Shown here: positions 31,923-41,803 of the stretch, in pieces | How the letters are laid out: each line of letters begins with the position of its first letter | Position numbering within the stretch: position 1 is the first letter of the stretch | Source: Bacteroidales bacterium | GTDB lineage: Bacteria; Bacteroidota; Bacteroidia; Bacteroidales; GCA-2748055 | NCBI GenBank assembly: GCA_021738565.1 | Contig: JAIPBT010000017.1 | Location: 15,950 to 79,949, forward strand | DNA: 64,000 nt | Direction: 5' to 3' | Notes under the pieces: model-generated | Database searches by the model: none | What the model was told of the DNA's origin: nothing | What the model saw: the letters and a program-made list of their open reading frames with translations, nothing else | Position numbers and translations under genes: made by a program

Positions 31923-33173
31923 ATGTTTTATCACCTGTTTGAATACCTGAACAGTTATGATATTCCCGGTGCTGGGATGTTCCAGTACATCTCATTCAGG
32001 GCTGCCATGACTGTGATTACTTCGTTGCTGATCGCGCTGTTCCTCGGGAAAAGGGTCATTCGATTTCTGCAGCGAAAACAGATCGGGGAATCAGTCAGGG
32101 ATCTCGGACTGGATCAGCAGGTGCAGAAACAGGGCACTCCCACCATGGGAGGCATTATCATTATAATATCCATCGTTATTCCGGTGCTTCTCTTTGGGAA
32201 ACTCGACAATGTTTATGTGATCCTGATGCTTGTTACCACTGTATGGCTTGGATTTGTCGGTTTTCTGGATGATTATATCAAGGTATTTAAGAAGAACAAG
32301 GAGGGGCTGAGAGGAAAATTTAAGATCATTGGTCAGGTTGTACTCGGACTGCTTGTCGGTGTCACTTTCCTTCTTAGTGATGATGCAGTGATCAGGGAGC
32401 GGATACCGGTAGAAGAAAATGTTGCCGGGGAATATAATAACCTTCCGGTGGTCAGGAACAATGAAGGGAATGAATTTTATATCCTTGATCATAAAACGCC
32501 ACTTACGACCATTCCATTTGTAAAGAACAATGAATTCAATTATACTTGGCTGGTCTGGTTTGCCGGAAAGAATGCTGAAAATATTGTCTGGATAGTGTTT
32601 GTGCTGGTAGTGATCTTTATTGTAACAGCAGTTTCGAACGGTGCAAACCTGACCGACGGTCTGGATGGACTGGCCACAGGGTCAGCTGCCATAATCGGAA
32701 CTACGCTGGGGATCCTGGCTTATGTCTCGGGCAATACGATCCTTACTGATTACCTGAACATCATGTATATCCCGAATGCCGGGGAACTGGTAATATTTGC
32801 GGCTGCTTTCATAGGAGCTGCAATTGGTTTTCTTTGGTACAACTCCTATCCGGCCCAGATCTTTATGGGTGATACCGGGAGTCTTTCTATAGGGGGTATT
32901 ATAGCTGTTTTTGCTATTGTGATAAGGAAAGAGCTATTGATACCGATCCTCTGTGGCATCTTCTTTTTTGAAAGCCTGTCAGTAATACTTCAGGTAAGCT
33001 GGTTCAAACATACAAAGAAGAAGTTCGGTAAAGGACGGCGGATCTTCCTTATGGCGCCTGCACACCATCATTACCAGAAAAAAGGATACGCTGAGCCAAA
33101 AATTGTTTTGAGGTTCTGGATCATCGGGATATTACTGGCCGTGGTAACAATAGTAACATTGAAAATAAGATAA
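31923..33173 (+). CDS. mraY: Phospho-MurNAc-pentapeptide transferase
   Basis: [23 protein letters not shown] and APAHHH motifs. Confidence 0.97.
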   Translation: MFYHLFEYLNSYDIPGAGMFQYISFRAAMTVITSLLIALFLGKRVIRFLQRKQIGESVRDLGLDQQVQKQGTPTMGGIIIIISIVIPVLLFGKLDNVYVILMLVTTVWLGFVGFLDDYIKVFKKNKEGLRGKFKIIGQVVLGLLVGVTFLLSDDAVIRERIPVEENVAGEYNNLPVVRNNEGNEFYILDHKTPLTTIPFVKNNEFNYTWLVWFAGKNAENIVWIVFVLVVIFIVTAVSNGANLTDGLDGLATGSAAIIGTTLGILAYVSGNTILTDYLNIMYIPNAGELVIFAAAFIGAAIGFLWYNSYPAQIFMGDTGSLSIGGIIAVFAIVIRKELLIPILCGIFFFESLSVILQVSWFKHTKKKFGKGRRIFLMAPAHHHYQKKGYAEPKIVLRFWIIGILLAVVTIVTLKIR

Positions 33174-33179
33174 TATCAT

Positions 33180-34526
33180 ATGGAGAAAAGAAAATGTATC
33201 GTAATTCTTGGAGCCGGAGAGAGTGGAACCGGTTCAGCCGTACTTGCCAAACAACAGGGATTTGATGTCTTTGTTACGGATTCTGGTAAAATAAATCCGA
33301 AATACAAGGATATCCTGAACGAACATCAGATACTGTATGAAGCAAACGGACATACTGAAAGGCAGATCATCAATGCGGATGAGGTCATAAAAAGTCCCGG
33401 CATTCCCGAAAGTGCACCCATTATGAAATCAATCAGGAAACGGGAAATACACGTGATCTCGGAAATTGAATTTGCAGGCAGGTACACCAGTGCAAAGAAA
33501 ATTTGTGTGACCGGAAGCAATGGAAAAACTACAACCACATCCCTCATTCACCATATGCTTCGGAAGGCAGGGTTGAATGTTGGTATAGCAGGAAATGTGG
33601 GCAGGAGTTTTGCCATGCAGGTGGCAGAAGAGAATTACGACTATTATGTCCTTGAACTGAGCAGTTTTCAACTGGATGGTATGTATGAGTTCAAGGCCGA
33701 TATCGCAATCCTGCTCAACATTACTGCCGATCATATGGACAGGTATGATTACAATATGCAGCATTATGTGGACTCAAAGTTCAGGATCACTCAAAATCTT
33801 ACAGAGGAGGACTATTTTGTTTTCTGCTCTGATGATGAAATTACAATCAAGGAACTTGAAAAGATCGTTTCAAGGGCGGTTCAGCTGCCTTATGCATACG
33901 AGAAAAAGCCGGATGATGTGGCCTGGGTCGACAAAAAAGAGAAGATGCATATTGAATTTGATGACGTTGATTTTTCCATGTCCGTTCATGAACTGGCGCT
34001 CAAAGGCAAACACAATACATACAACAGTATGGCGGCAGGTATTGCCGGCAATGTATTAAAGATCAGGAATGAAGTTGTAAGGGAGGCCTTGATGGATTTC
34101 CAGGGAATAGAGCACAGGTTGGAAAAGCTGAATATGATCCATGGTATCAATTTTATAAATGATTCAAAGGCCACAAATGTTAATTCATCCTGGTATGCGT
34201 TAGAGAGCATCAGGGGAGATATCATATGGATCGCGGGCGGAGTTGACAAGGGTAATAATTACAGCGAACTGGAAAACCTGGTAAGAGGTAAAGTAAAAGC
34301 GATCGTCTGCCTGGGTAAAGACAACAGGCGTTTGTTCGAGGCTTTTGAGGACAAGGTTGAGACCATGGTTGAATCAGGGTCAATGATGGAAGCTGTTAAG
34401 TCGGCCTATTACCTGGCATCCAAAGGGGATACTGTATTGTTATCTCCGGCCTGTGCCAGCTTTGACCTTTTTGAAAATTTTGAGGATAGGGGAAGACAAT
34501 TCAAAGCAGCTGTAAGAGAGTTATAG
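33180..34526 (+). CDS. murD: UDP-MurNAc-L-Ala--D-Glu ligase
   Basis: TGSNGKTTT, ELSSFQL, NDSKATN and SPACASFD motifs. Confidence 0.97.
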   Translation: MEKRKCIVILGAGESGTGSAVLAKQQGFDVFVTDSGKINPKYKDILNEHQILYEANGHTERQIINADEVIKSPGIPESAPIMKSIRKREIHVISEIEFAGRYTSAKKICVTGSNGKTTTTSLIHHMLRKAGLNVGIAGNVGRSFAMQVAEENYDYYVLELSSFQLDGMYEFKADIAILLNITADHMDRYDYNMQHYVDSKFRITQNLTEEDYFVFCSDDEITIKELEKIVSRAVQLPYAYEKKPDDVAWVDKKEKMHIEFDDVDFSMSVHELALKGKHNTYNSMAAGIAGNVLKIRNEVVREALMDFQGIEHRLEKLNMIHGINFINDSKATNVNSSWYALESIRGDIIWIAGGVDKGNNYSELENLVRGKVKAIVCLGKDNRRLFEAFEDKVETMVESGSMMEAVKSAYYLASKGDTVLLSPACASFDLFENFEDRGRQFKAAVREL

Positions 34527-34532
34527 TATAAT

Positions 34533-35732
34533 ATGATGACGTTTAGGCAATATATCAAGGGTGACAGGATCATATGGGCGGTGATCCTTATACTCTTTGT
34601 CATATCCCTTCTTTCTGTTTACAGTTCAACCGGATCACTTGCATACAAGAAGATGTCGGGGGATACCATGTATTACCTTTTTCGTCAGTTTAAATTCATA
34701 ATGCTGGGTTTGCTCACCATCGTTGGCGTGCATCTCATTCCATTCAGGTATTTCAACTGGATTTCAGGCATCGCACTCTTTATTGCCGTTCCTCTTTTAC
34801 TGTACACCCTGATCTACGGCAAAGACCTGAATGAGGCGAGCCGCTGGCTGTATATACCCGGTATGGGGAACAGGACTTTTCAGCCATCAGAATTTGCAAA
34901 GGTTGCATTGATCCTCTATATCGCCAGGGTCCTTTCAGCAAATCAGTTTGACATAGACAATTTCAAAGGGGTGTTTTTAAAGCTGATCATAGCCATTTCA
35001 CTGGTCTGCATTCTAATCCTTCCCGCGAATTTGTCCACAGCAGCGATCATATTCGGAGTGTCGTTTATTTTGCTTTTTGTAGGCAGGGTTCCAGCCAGGT
35101 ACCTGATGCTGGTCGTATTGACAGCAGTTGTGGGATTGGGACTTTTCCTGCTTGTTTCATCGGCGATGAGTAGTGAAGGGCGCATCAGTACATGGAAGAC
35201 CAGGATTGAAACTTATGTTTCAGGCGAAGGAGATAATTTCCAGGCAACCCAGGCAAAGGTTGCCATTGTACGTGGCGGACTGCTTCCGAACGGACCGGGA
35301 ACGAGTACCCAGAGAAACCTGCTTCCCCATCCCTATTCAGATTTTATTTTCGCCATTATAATTGAGGAATATGGTTCGATCATAGGTGGACTGATGTTGA
35401 TCATTCTCTATTTGTGGTTGCTTTTCAGAACCGGCGTCATCGTTCGCAGGAGCAAGAGCACTTTCGCGGCATTCCTTGCATTCGGACTTGCCCTGGGGCT
35501 GGTTTTCCAGGCCTTTGTAAACATGGGCGTTACCGTGGGATTGTTGCCTGTGACCGGACAAACTTTGCCACTTGTGAGTATGGGAGGTACATCGGTAATA
35601 TTCACCAGTGTTTCACTGGGCATGATTCTGAGTGTCAGCTGGGGTGTGAAAAAGGAGATAGAAATGGAAGAGTTACTGGAATCAGAAGTGAATGAACAAA
35701 CAGGTAATGAAGAAACCGGACAGGACATATAG
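34533..35732 (+). CDS. ftsW: SEDS peptidoglycan glycosyltransferase FtsW
   Basis: FQPSEFAK, SDFIFAII and GQTLPLVSMGGTS motifs. Confidence 0.95.
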   Translation: MMTFRQYIKGDRIIWAVILILFVISLLSVYSSTGSLAYKKMSGDTMYYLFRQFKFIMLGLLTIVGVHLIPFRYFNWISGIALFIAVPLLLYTLIYGKDLNEASRWLYIPGMGNRTFQPSEFAKVALILYIARVLSANQFDIDNFKGVFLKLIIAISLVCILILPANLSTAAIIFGVSFILLFVGRVPARYLMLVVLTAVVGLGLFLLVSSAMSSEGRISTWKTRIETYVSGEGDNFQATQAKVAIVRGGLLPNGPGTSTQRNLLPHPYSDFIFAIIIEEYGSIIGGLMLIILYLWLLFRTGVIVRRSKSTFAAFLAFGLALGLVFQAFVNMGVTVGLLPVTGQTLPLVSMGGTSVIFTSVSLGMILSVSWGVKKEIEMEELLESEVNEQTGNEETGQDI

Positions 35733-36825
35733 GGTCATTATTGGAGGCGGTGGAACAGGAGGCCATGTGTTTCCTGCGATCTCCATAGCCAACGCACTTC
35801 GCCAGATGCTGGATGAGGTTGAATTCCTGTTTGTTGGTGCAAGGGGAAAGCTTGAGATGGAAAAGGTTCCTGAAGCAGGATACCGCATTGAAGGATTACC
35901 GGTAGCCGGTTTTCAGAGGAGGATCACCTGGAAGAACATCACCTTCTTTTTTAAGCTTTTACAAAGTATGCGACTGTCAAAACGCATCATAAGAAATTTC
36001 AGGCCTGATGTTGCTATAGGTGTTGGTGGATATGCAAGTGGACCAATCCTAAGGGCTGCGATCAGGAAGCAGGTGCCGGTAATCCTGCAGGAACAGAACT
36101 CGTATGCCGGTGTTACGAACAGGATCCTGGCCCGGTCGTCGGAGAAAATTTGTGTTGCTTTTGATGGTATGGAAAAATATTTTCCCAAAGAAAAGATCGT
36201 GTTTACGGGCAACCCTGTCAGGCAGGACCTGCTTTTACCGGCTGAGGAAACGAAAGCCAGCTATGCACATTTCGGATTGAAAGAGGACAAAAAAGTTATT
36301 TTATTAATAGGAGGAAGCCTTGGTGCCGGGTCAATGAACAGTTGTATGATGCGGAACCTTGAAAAGTTGAGAAGGTCCGGAATACAACTTTTGTGGCAAT
36401 CGGGCAAGTATTACCATGAAAAGGCGGGGGAGGCCCTGGATGTCAGCGGAGCCGGTAACATTGTCCTGTTGCCATTTATAAGGGAAATGAACCGGGCATA
36501 CCAGGTTGCTGATTTGATCATTTCAAGGGCCGGGGCAGGTACCATTTCAGAATTGTGTTTGGTGGGTAAACCGGTAATCCTGGTTCCCTCACCCAATGTG
36601 GCAGAGGACCACCAGATGAGGAATGCACGCTCCTTGTATGACAGGAATGCGGCGGAGGTTGTGCCTGATAAGGATGCAGAGAAGGAATTGGTTGACATGG
36701 CACTGCAATTGATCGGCGATAAGAAAAAAATGGAAATTCTGGCAGGCAATATATCAACACTGGCGATTCCTGATGCAGCACAGAAGATTGCTGCTGAAGT
36801 AATTAAAATAATGGAGGAACGGTAA
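35692..36825 (+). CDS. murG: Lipid II GlcNAc transferase
   Basis: GGGTGGHVFP, GGYAS, GGSLGA and RAGAGT motifs; start may be 35707. Confidence 0.96.
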   Translation: MNKQVMKKPDRTYRVIIGGGGTGGHVFPAISIANALRQMLDEVEFLFVGARGKLEMEKVPEAGYRIEGLPVAGFQRRITWKNITFFFKLLQSMRLSKRIIRNFRPDVAIGVGGYASGPILRAAIRKQVPVILQEQNSYAGVTNRILARSSEKICVAFDGMEKYFPKEKIVFTGNPVRQDLLLPAEETKASYAHFGLKEDKKVILLIGGSLGAGSMNSCMMRNLEKLRRSGIQLLWQSGKYYHEKAGEALDVSGAGNIVLLPFIREMNRAYQVADLIISRAGAGTISELCLVGKPVILVPSPNVAEDHQMRNARSLYDRNAAEVVPDKDAEKELVDMALQLIGDKKKMEILAGNISTLAIPDAAQKIAAEVIKIMEER

Positions 36826-38192
36826 TGTGGAGTAACCTCGATAGTGTATATTTTATTGGGATAGGAGGCATTGGGATGAGTGCCCTGGCAAGATTTTTCA
36901 GAATACGAGGGAAAAATGTTGCTGGATACGATCGTGTATCAACTTCCCTCACGGATCAACTGGCGAGGGAGAAAATTGATATTCATTTTATTGACAATAC
37001 TTCATTGATCTCAGCTGAATTCAAGGATCCCGAACGTACACTCGTAATTTATACGCCTGCTGTACCCGAAAAACACAGGGAACTTAATTATTTCAGGCAG
37101 CATGGATTCAGGGTGATAAAACGCTCTTTGGCACTGGGTGAAGTTTTTAACTCAGGCAAAGGCATTGCGGTTGCAGGTACGCACGGAAAAACTTCGGTTT
37201 CTACAATGCTGGCCCATATCATGTCTGAGTCGGGACACGGATGCAACGCCTTCCTGGGTGGTATATCAAGGAATTTTAACAGCAACCTGCTGACACATCC
37301 CAATTCAGACACGATTATTGCAGAAGCTGATGAATACGACAGATCGTTTTTGACCCTGTATCCTGATATTGCTGTAATCACTTCTATGGATGCCGATCAT
37401 ATGGATATTTATAAATCGAAGGAAAAACTGGTGGAGGGTTTTGAAACCTTCGTGAATCAGATCAGGGAAAAAGGCAAACTGATCCTTAAGTACGGTGTGA
37501 ACATGAAGGTCCCGGATCATCTGAGCCTGTTCACATACGCTGTTAATAATCCGAAAGCAGATTACCATATTCTGAACCTTGAGCTCGTTGATTACAGGTA
37601 TCAGTTTGCAGTTAAAACACCCAGAAATATTTTTAAAGCAACATTGGGTGTACCCGGTTATATAAATGTTGAGAATGCACTTGCAGCGATTGCTGCTGCT
37701 GATCAATCGTCGGTTCCCCTGGAACACATTGCTACCGCATGTGAAAGTTACAAAGGGGTAAAACGGCGTTTTGAAATCCTGGTGAATACAGGGAGAAAAA
37801 TTTATATCGATGACTATGCACATCACCCCGAGGAACTGAGCGCATTTATTAAATCAGTGAAGGAATTGTTCCCGGGAAAGAAGGTCACAGGTATATTTCA
37901 GCCACACCTGTATTCAAGAACAAGGGATTTTGCAGTTGAATTTGCAGAGAGCCTTTCCCTGCTTGATGAGCTGATATTGCTGGATATTTATCCTGCACGC
38001 GAAGAACCTTTACCGGGCATATCATCCGATATCATATTTCAATATGTGAACTTGAAGGAAAAGGTCCTGGTTCGAAACGAACAATTGATGTCGGTACTGC
38101 GGGAACGTGATCCGGAAATATTGCTTACCATGGGGGCAGGAAATATCGACAGGTTGGTTGAACCCCTGAAAAACTGGATGGAAACTAAATGA
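36825..38192 (+). CDS. murC: UDP-MurNAc--L-alanine ligase
   Basis: GIGGIGMSALA, GTHGKT, DDYAHHP and FQPHLYSRT motifs. Confidence 0.97.
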   Translation: MWSNLDSVYFIGIGGIGMSALARFFRIRGKNVAGYDRVSTSLTDQLAREKIDIHFIDNTSLISAEFKDPERTLVIYTPAVPEKHRELNYFRQHGFRVIKRSLALGEVFNSGKGIAVAGTHGKTSVSTMLAHIMSESGHGCNAFLGGISRNFNSNLLTHPNSDTIIAEADEYDRSFLTLYPDIAVITSMDADHMDIYKSKEKLVEGFETFVNQIREKGKLILKYGVNMKVPDHLSLFTYAVNNPKADYHILNLELVDYRYQFAVKTPRNIFKATLGVPGYINVENALAAIAAADQSSVPLEHIATACESYKGVKRRFEILVNTGRKIYIDDYAHHPEELSAFIKSVKELFPGKKVTGIFQPHLYSRTRDFAVEFAESLSLLDELILLDIYPAREEPLPGISSDIIFQYVNLKEKVLVRNEQLMSVLRERDPEILLTMGAGNIDRLVEPLKNWMETK

Positions 38193-38971
38193 AAATTAAA
38201 CTGAGACATATTGTAACCTGGTTGTTGCTGATCTCATGGTTTGCAGTCATTACCGGATTTGTTTCAAACAGCAATGCCAGGGTCATATGCAAGGAAATGT
38301 CCATATCAATCTCAGATTCAACGAATATTCGGTTTGTAACTACGGGGGAAATCAGGAATATGCTAAAAAATTCTGCTTTCAGTATACAGGGATATCCCGC
38401 AGAGGAAATTCTGACACGGTCGCTTGAACAGATGCTTGAGACCAATTCCTACATTGAGAATGCAGAGGTGTATATCAATGTTGAAGGAGATCTTTTTGTG
38501 GATATAGACCAGAGGAAACCACTTATGCGCGTAATGTCGGTTAATGAAACAGGTTATTTTATCGATCATGACGGGGTTGTGTTGCCCCTTTCAGGGGGTT
38601 ATACACCCAATGTTATGCTTGTAAACGGTCATATTGACTTTCCGTTGTATACAGATGGGGCTGGCATAACCAGGGTTGATCCGGACAATGATAAGGAGCT
38701 GGAATACCTGACAGGTTTTGCCCGTATGATCAGTGGTCATCCTTTCTGGAAGAACCAGATTGTCCAGGTATACAGAAGTGCGAACGGTGAATTTGAATTG
38801 ATTCCCAGGGTGGGAGCACACCAGATCATTTTTGGATCGATGGGCCATTACGCTGAAAAACTAAGAAACCTTGAAGCCCTTTATGAACAGGGGTTTAAAA
38901 GATACGGATGGAATACGTATGATAAGATCAATTTGAAATATGAAAATCAGATAATTTGTACAAAACGTTAA
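38189..38971 (+). CDS. ftsQ: FtsQ/DivIB-like protein
   Basis: N-terminal TM, POTRA-like region, INLKYENQIICTK end; lies before ftsA. Confidence 0.85.
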   Translation: MKIKLRHIVTWLLLISWFAVITGFVSNSNARVICKEMSISISDSTNIRFVTTGEIRNMLKNSAFSIQGYPAEEILTRSLEQMLETNSYIENAEVYINVEGDLFVDIDQRKPLMRVMSVNETGYFIDHDGVVLPLSGGYTPNVMLVNGHIDFPLYTDGAGITRVDPDNDKELEYLTGFARMISGHPFWKNQIVQVYRSANGEFELIPRVGAHQIIFGSMGHYAEKLRNLEALYEQGFKRYGWNTYDKINLKYENQIICTKR

Positions 38972-38975
38972 TATT

Positions 38976-40298
38976 ATGGCTCAAAAAAACCGAATCGTTG
39001 CTGCAATAGATATTGGAACAACGAAAATCGTCAGCCTCATCGGACGATTAAATGAACAAAACAGGCTCGAAGTTCTCGGGATCAGCAGATCTGCCTCAAA
39101 AGGAGTTAAACGCGGGGTTGTCCTGAATATTGAAGAAACCGTAAATGCAATTCAGAATACAATTTCAGAAGCCCAGGAGCAATCGGGCTTAAAATTCGGA
39201 GAAGTATTTGTGGGAATAGCAGGCCAACATATAAAATCGGTAAGGAACCGTGGATATGTGAACCGAGATTCTTACGAAGATGAGATCACGAAAGATGACC
39301 TTCTTGCGCTCATAGATGATATGTATAAGATCCCTGTTGAAGTTGGAGAGGAGATCATTCATGTATTGCCACAGAATTATATCGTGGACAATGAGACGGG
39401 GGTTAAAAATCCGGTTGGTATGTTTGGGAAACGGCTCGAAGCAAATTTTCACATTGTGATCGGACAAATATCATCTGCACGCAATATTGAAAAATGTATA
39501 AAAAGGGTGGGACTGGAAGTAAAACAACTGATCCTGGAACCGCTGGCGTCCAGTGCGGCCGTGCTGACCAATGATGAAAAGGAAGCCGGGGTTGCACTGG
39601 TGGACATTGGCGGTGGAACAACAGATGTCGCTGTGTATTATGACGATGTGATCAGGCATACGGCTGTCATTCCCTTTGGGGGCAATGTTGTAACAAGGGA
39701 CATCAAGGAGGGATGTTCCATATTACAGCGGCAGGCAGAATCTCTTAAAATCCAGTTTGGATCCGCCCTGGGTGATCTTGCCAATGAGGATAAGGTCGTT
39801 ACCATCCCTGGTATTTCCGGTCGTGACCCAAAGGAAATAAGCTTTAAGAGCCTGGCCTATATCATTCAGTCGCGGATGGAGGAAATAATTGATGCGGTGG
39901 TTTATGAAATTGAGAATTCGGGATACATGGATAAGTTGAGTGCGGGCATCGTACTTACCGGCGGCGGATCCATGCTTAAAAACCTTAACCAGCTGGTTAA
40001 ATTCAAGACCGGCCTGGATGTGAGGATCGGATATCCCAATGAAAGCCTTGCCCCGGATACACCTGAGGAGATCAACCAGCCCATGTACAGCACTTCACTG
40101 GGCTTGTTGCTGAAAGGACTTGAGATATACGAACAGAACAAGGAATCTCTTGATGTGGAAAAAATGGATACTGAAAACCCGGAAGAGGTAGAAGATCTTG
40201 GCAAGAAAAAAGTAAAGGACCGGCTCAGGGGAGGGAAATTAAGAGAGAGTCTTAAAAAACTGAGCGATATATTTGATGAGATAGATGTTAAAATGTAA
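38976..40298 (+). CDS. ftsA: Cell division protein FtsA
   Basis: DIGTTKI, DIGGGTTD and VLTGGGS motifs. Confidence 0.97.
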   Translation: MAQKNRIVAAIDIGTTKIVSLIGRLNEQNRLEVLGISRSASKGVKRGVVLNIEETVNAIQNTISEAQEQSGLKFGEVFVGIAGQHIKSVRNRGYVNRDSYEDEITKDDLLALIDDMYKIPVEVGEEIIHVLPQNYIVDNETGVKNPVGMFGKRLEANFHIVIGQISSARNIEKCIKRVGLEVKQLILEPLASSAAVLTNDEKEAGVALVDIGGGTTDVAVYYDDVIRHTAVIPFGGNVVTRDIKEGCSILQRQAESLKIQFGSALGDLANEDKVVTIPGISGRDPKEISFKSLAYIIQSRMEEIIDAVVYEIENSGYMDKLSAGIVLTGGGSMLKNLNQLVKFKTGLDVRIGYPNESLAPDTPEEINQPMYSTSLGLLLKGLEIYEQNKESLDVEKMDTENPEEVEDLGKKKVKDRLRGGKLRESLKKLSDIFDEIDVKM

Positions 40299-40333
40299 AA
40301 GATTCTTATTGTTTCATATTAAAACAGAGAACC

Positions 40334-41773
40334 ATGAGTGATGATATTCTGAATTTTGATCTGACCCCTGAAAGATCATCGATCATTAAAGTGATTGGGG
40401 TAGGCGGTGGAGGTAGCAATGCTGTGAATCATATGTACCATCGGGGAATCAAGGATGTTAATTTTGTTGTTTGCAATACCGATGCCCAGGCTCTGGACAA
40501 CAGTCCTGTTGCAGTGAAATTACAGCTTGGAGCATCACTTACACTGGGAAGGGGCGCCGGAAGTAAACCTGATATAGGAAAGCAGGCCGCTTTGGAAAGC
40601 ATTGATGCTGTTAAGGAAATACTGGAGGCCAATACCAGCATGGCATTTATAACTGCTGGTATGGGAGGGGGAACAGGTACAGGGGCCGCACCCGTTATAG
40701 CCAAGGCTGCTAAAGAAATGGGGATATTGACGGTAGGCATAGTTACCATTCCATTTGGATTTGAAGGACCCGACAGGATCAATTACGCTATTAAGGGGAT
40801 CAATGAACTCAAAGACTATGTTGATTCCCTGCTTGTAATCAATAATGAAAAATTGCGGGAGGTTCATGGGAACCTTACATTGAGTGATGCCTTTTCTAAG
40901 GCCGATGATGTGCTTGCAACAGCAGCAAAAGGTATTGCTGAGATCATTACAGTGCACGGTTATGTTAATGTTGATTTTGCAGATGTTCAGACAGTTATGA
41001 TCGATAGTGGGGTAGCGATCCTGGGATCTGCCAGTGCAGATGGGGAGGACAGGGCTGTTAAGGCCATTGAATCAGCACTTGCATCGCCCTTGCTGAATAA
41101 CAATGAAATTACCGGTGCAAAAAGCATCCTTTTGAATATAACTTCCGGTAAAAAGGAGATTACCATGGATGAAATATCTGAAGTTACAGACTATGTGATC
41201 AATTCTTCATCAAAGGATACTACCCTGATATGGGGCATGGGTTATGATGAGGGATTGGGAGAAAAGATCAGTGTGACGATCATTGCCACTGGTTTCAAAA
41301 TGAATAATATCCATGAATTATATGTTGGAAAGAAACATGTTGATTTTGTTCCGCTCAGGGACAATGACGGGAATGTGACTGAAACTGGCCCCGTGACAAA
41401 TCCACGCCAGCAGCAATTTAAGTTTGATTTGCCGGAAGACGGCAAGCCGGAAGAATACATCCTTTACGATCAGAGTGAAACTGACAAAACCGGAGATGAT
41501 GAGAATAGCAAAAGGCTTACCGATCGCGTCCGTAATTTAAAGGAAACCCATGAACGTCTCAAAGAAGCAGGATACAGCAAGGATAAAAAGGATAATGAAA
41601 TTGAGGAGCTGGAAAATGTTCCGGCTTACGTTCGCAAAAAGTTGAAACTTGACCCAAATAAACACTCGGAAAATGAAGAGGTTTCCAGGTACCGTCTGTC
41701 GGATAATAAGGATGATGAAGATGGGCCCAGACTCAGGCCTGACAATTCCTATTTACATGACAATGTTGACTAA
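40334..41773 (+). CDS. ftsZ: Cell division protein FtsZ
   Basis: GVGGGGSNA and GMGGGTGTG motifs; Bacteroidota-type C-terminus NSYLHDNVD. Confidence 0.98.
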   Translation: MSDDILNFDLTPERSSIIKVIGVGGGGSNAVNHMYHRGIKDVNFVVCNTDAQALDNSPVAVKLQLGASLTLGRGAGSKPDIGKQAALESIDAVKEILEANTSMAFITAGMGGGTGTGAAPVIAKAAKEMGILTVGIVTIPFGFEGPDRINYAIKGINELKDYVDSLLVINNEKLREVHGNLTLSDAFSKADDVLATAAKGIAEIITVHGYVNVDFADVQTVMIDSGVAILGSASADGEDRAVKAIESALASPLLNNNEITGAKSILLNITSGKKEITMDEISEVTDYVINSSSKDTTLIWGMGYDEGLGEKISVTIIATGFKMNNIHELYVGKKHVDFVPLRDNDGNVTETGPVTNPRQQQFKFDLPEDGKPEEYILYDQSETDKTGDDENSKRLTDRVRNLKETHERLKEAGYSKDKKDNEIEELENVPAYVRKKLKLDPNKHSENEEVSRYRLSDNKDDEDGPRLRPDNSYLHDNVD

Positions 41774-41803
41774 AACAGCAATGCTGCTGGTAAACTGATC
41801 TGC

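Noticed and set aside
26610..41773. dcw cluster lacking murF, murB and ddl
   Set aside because: This is the ordinary Bacteroidota arrangement.
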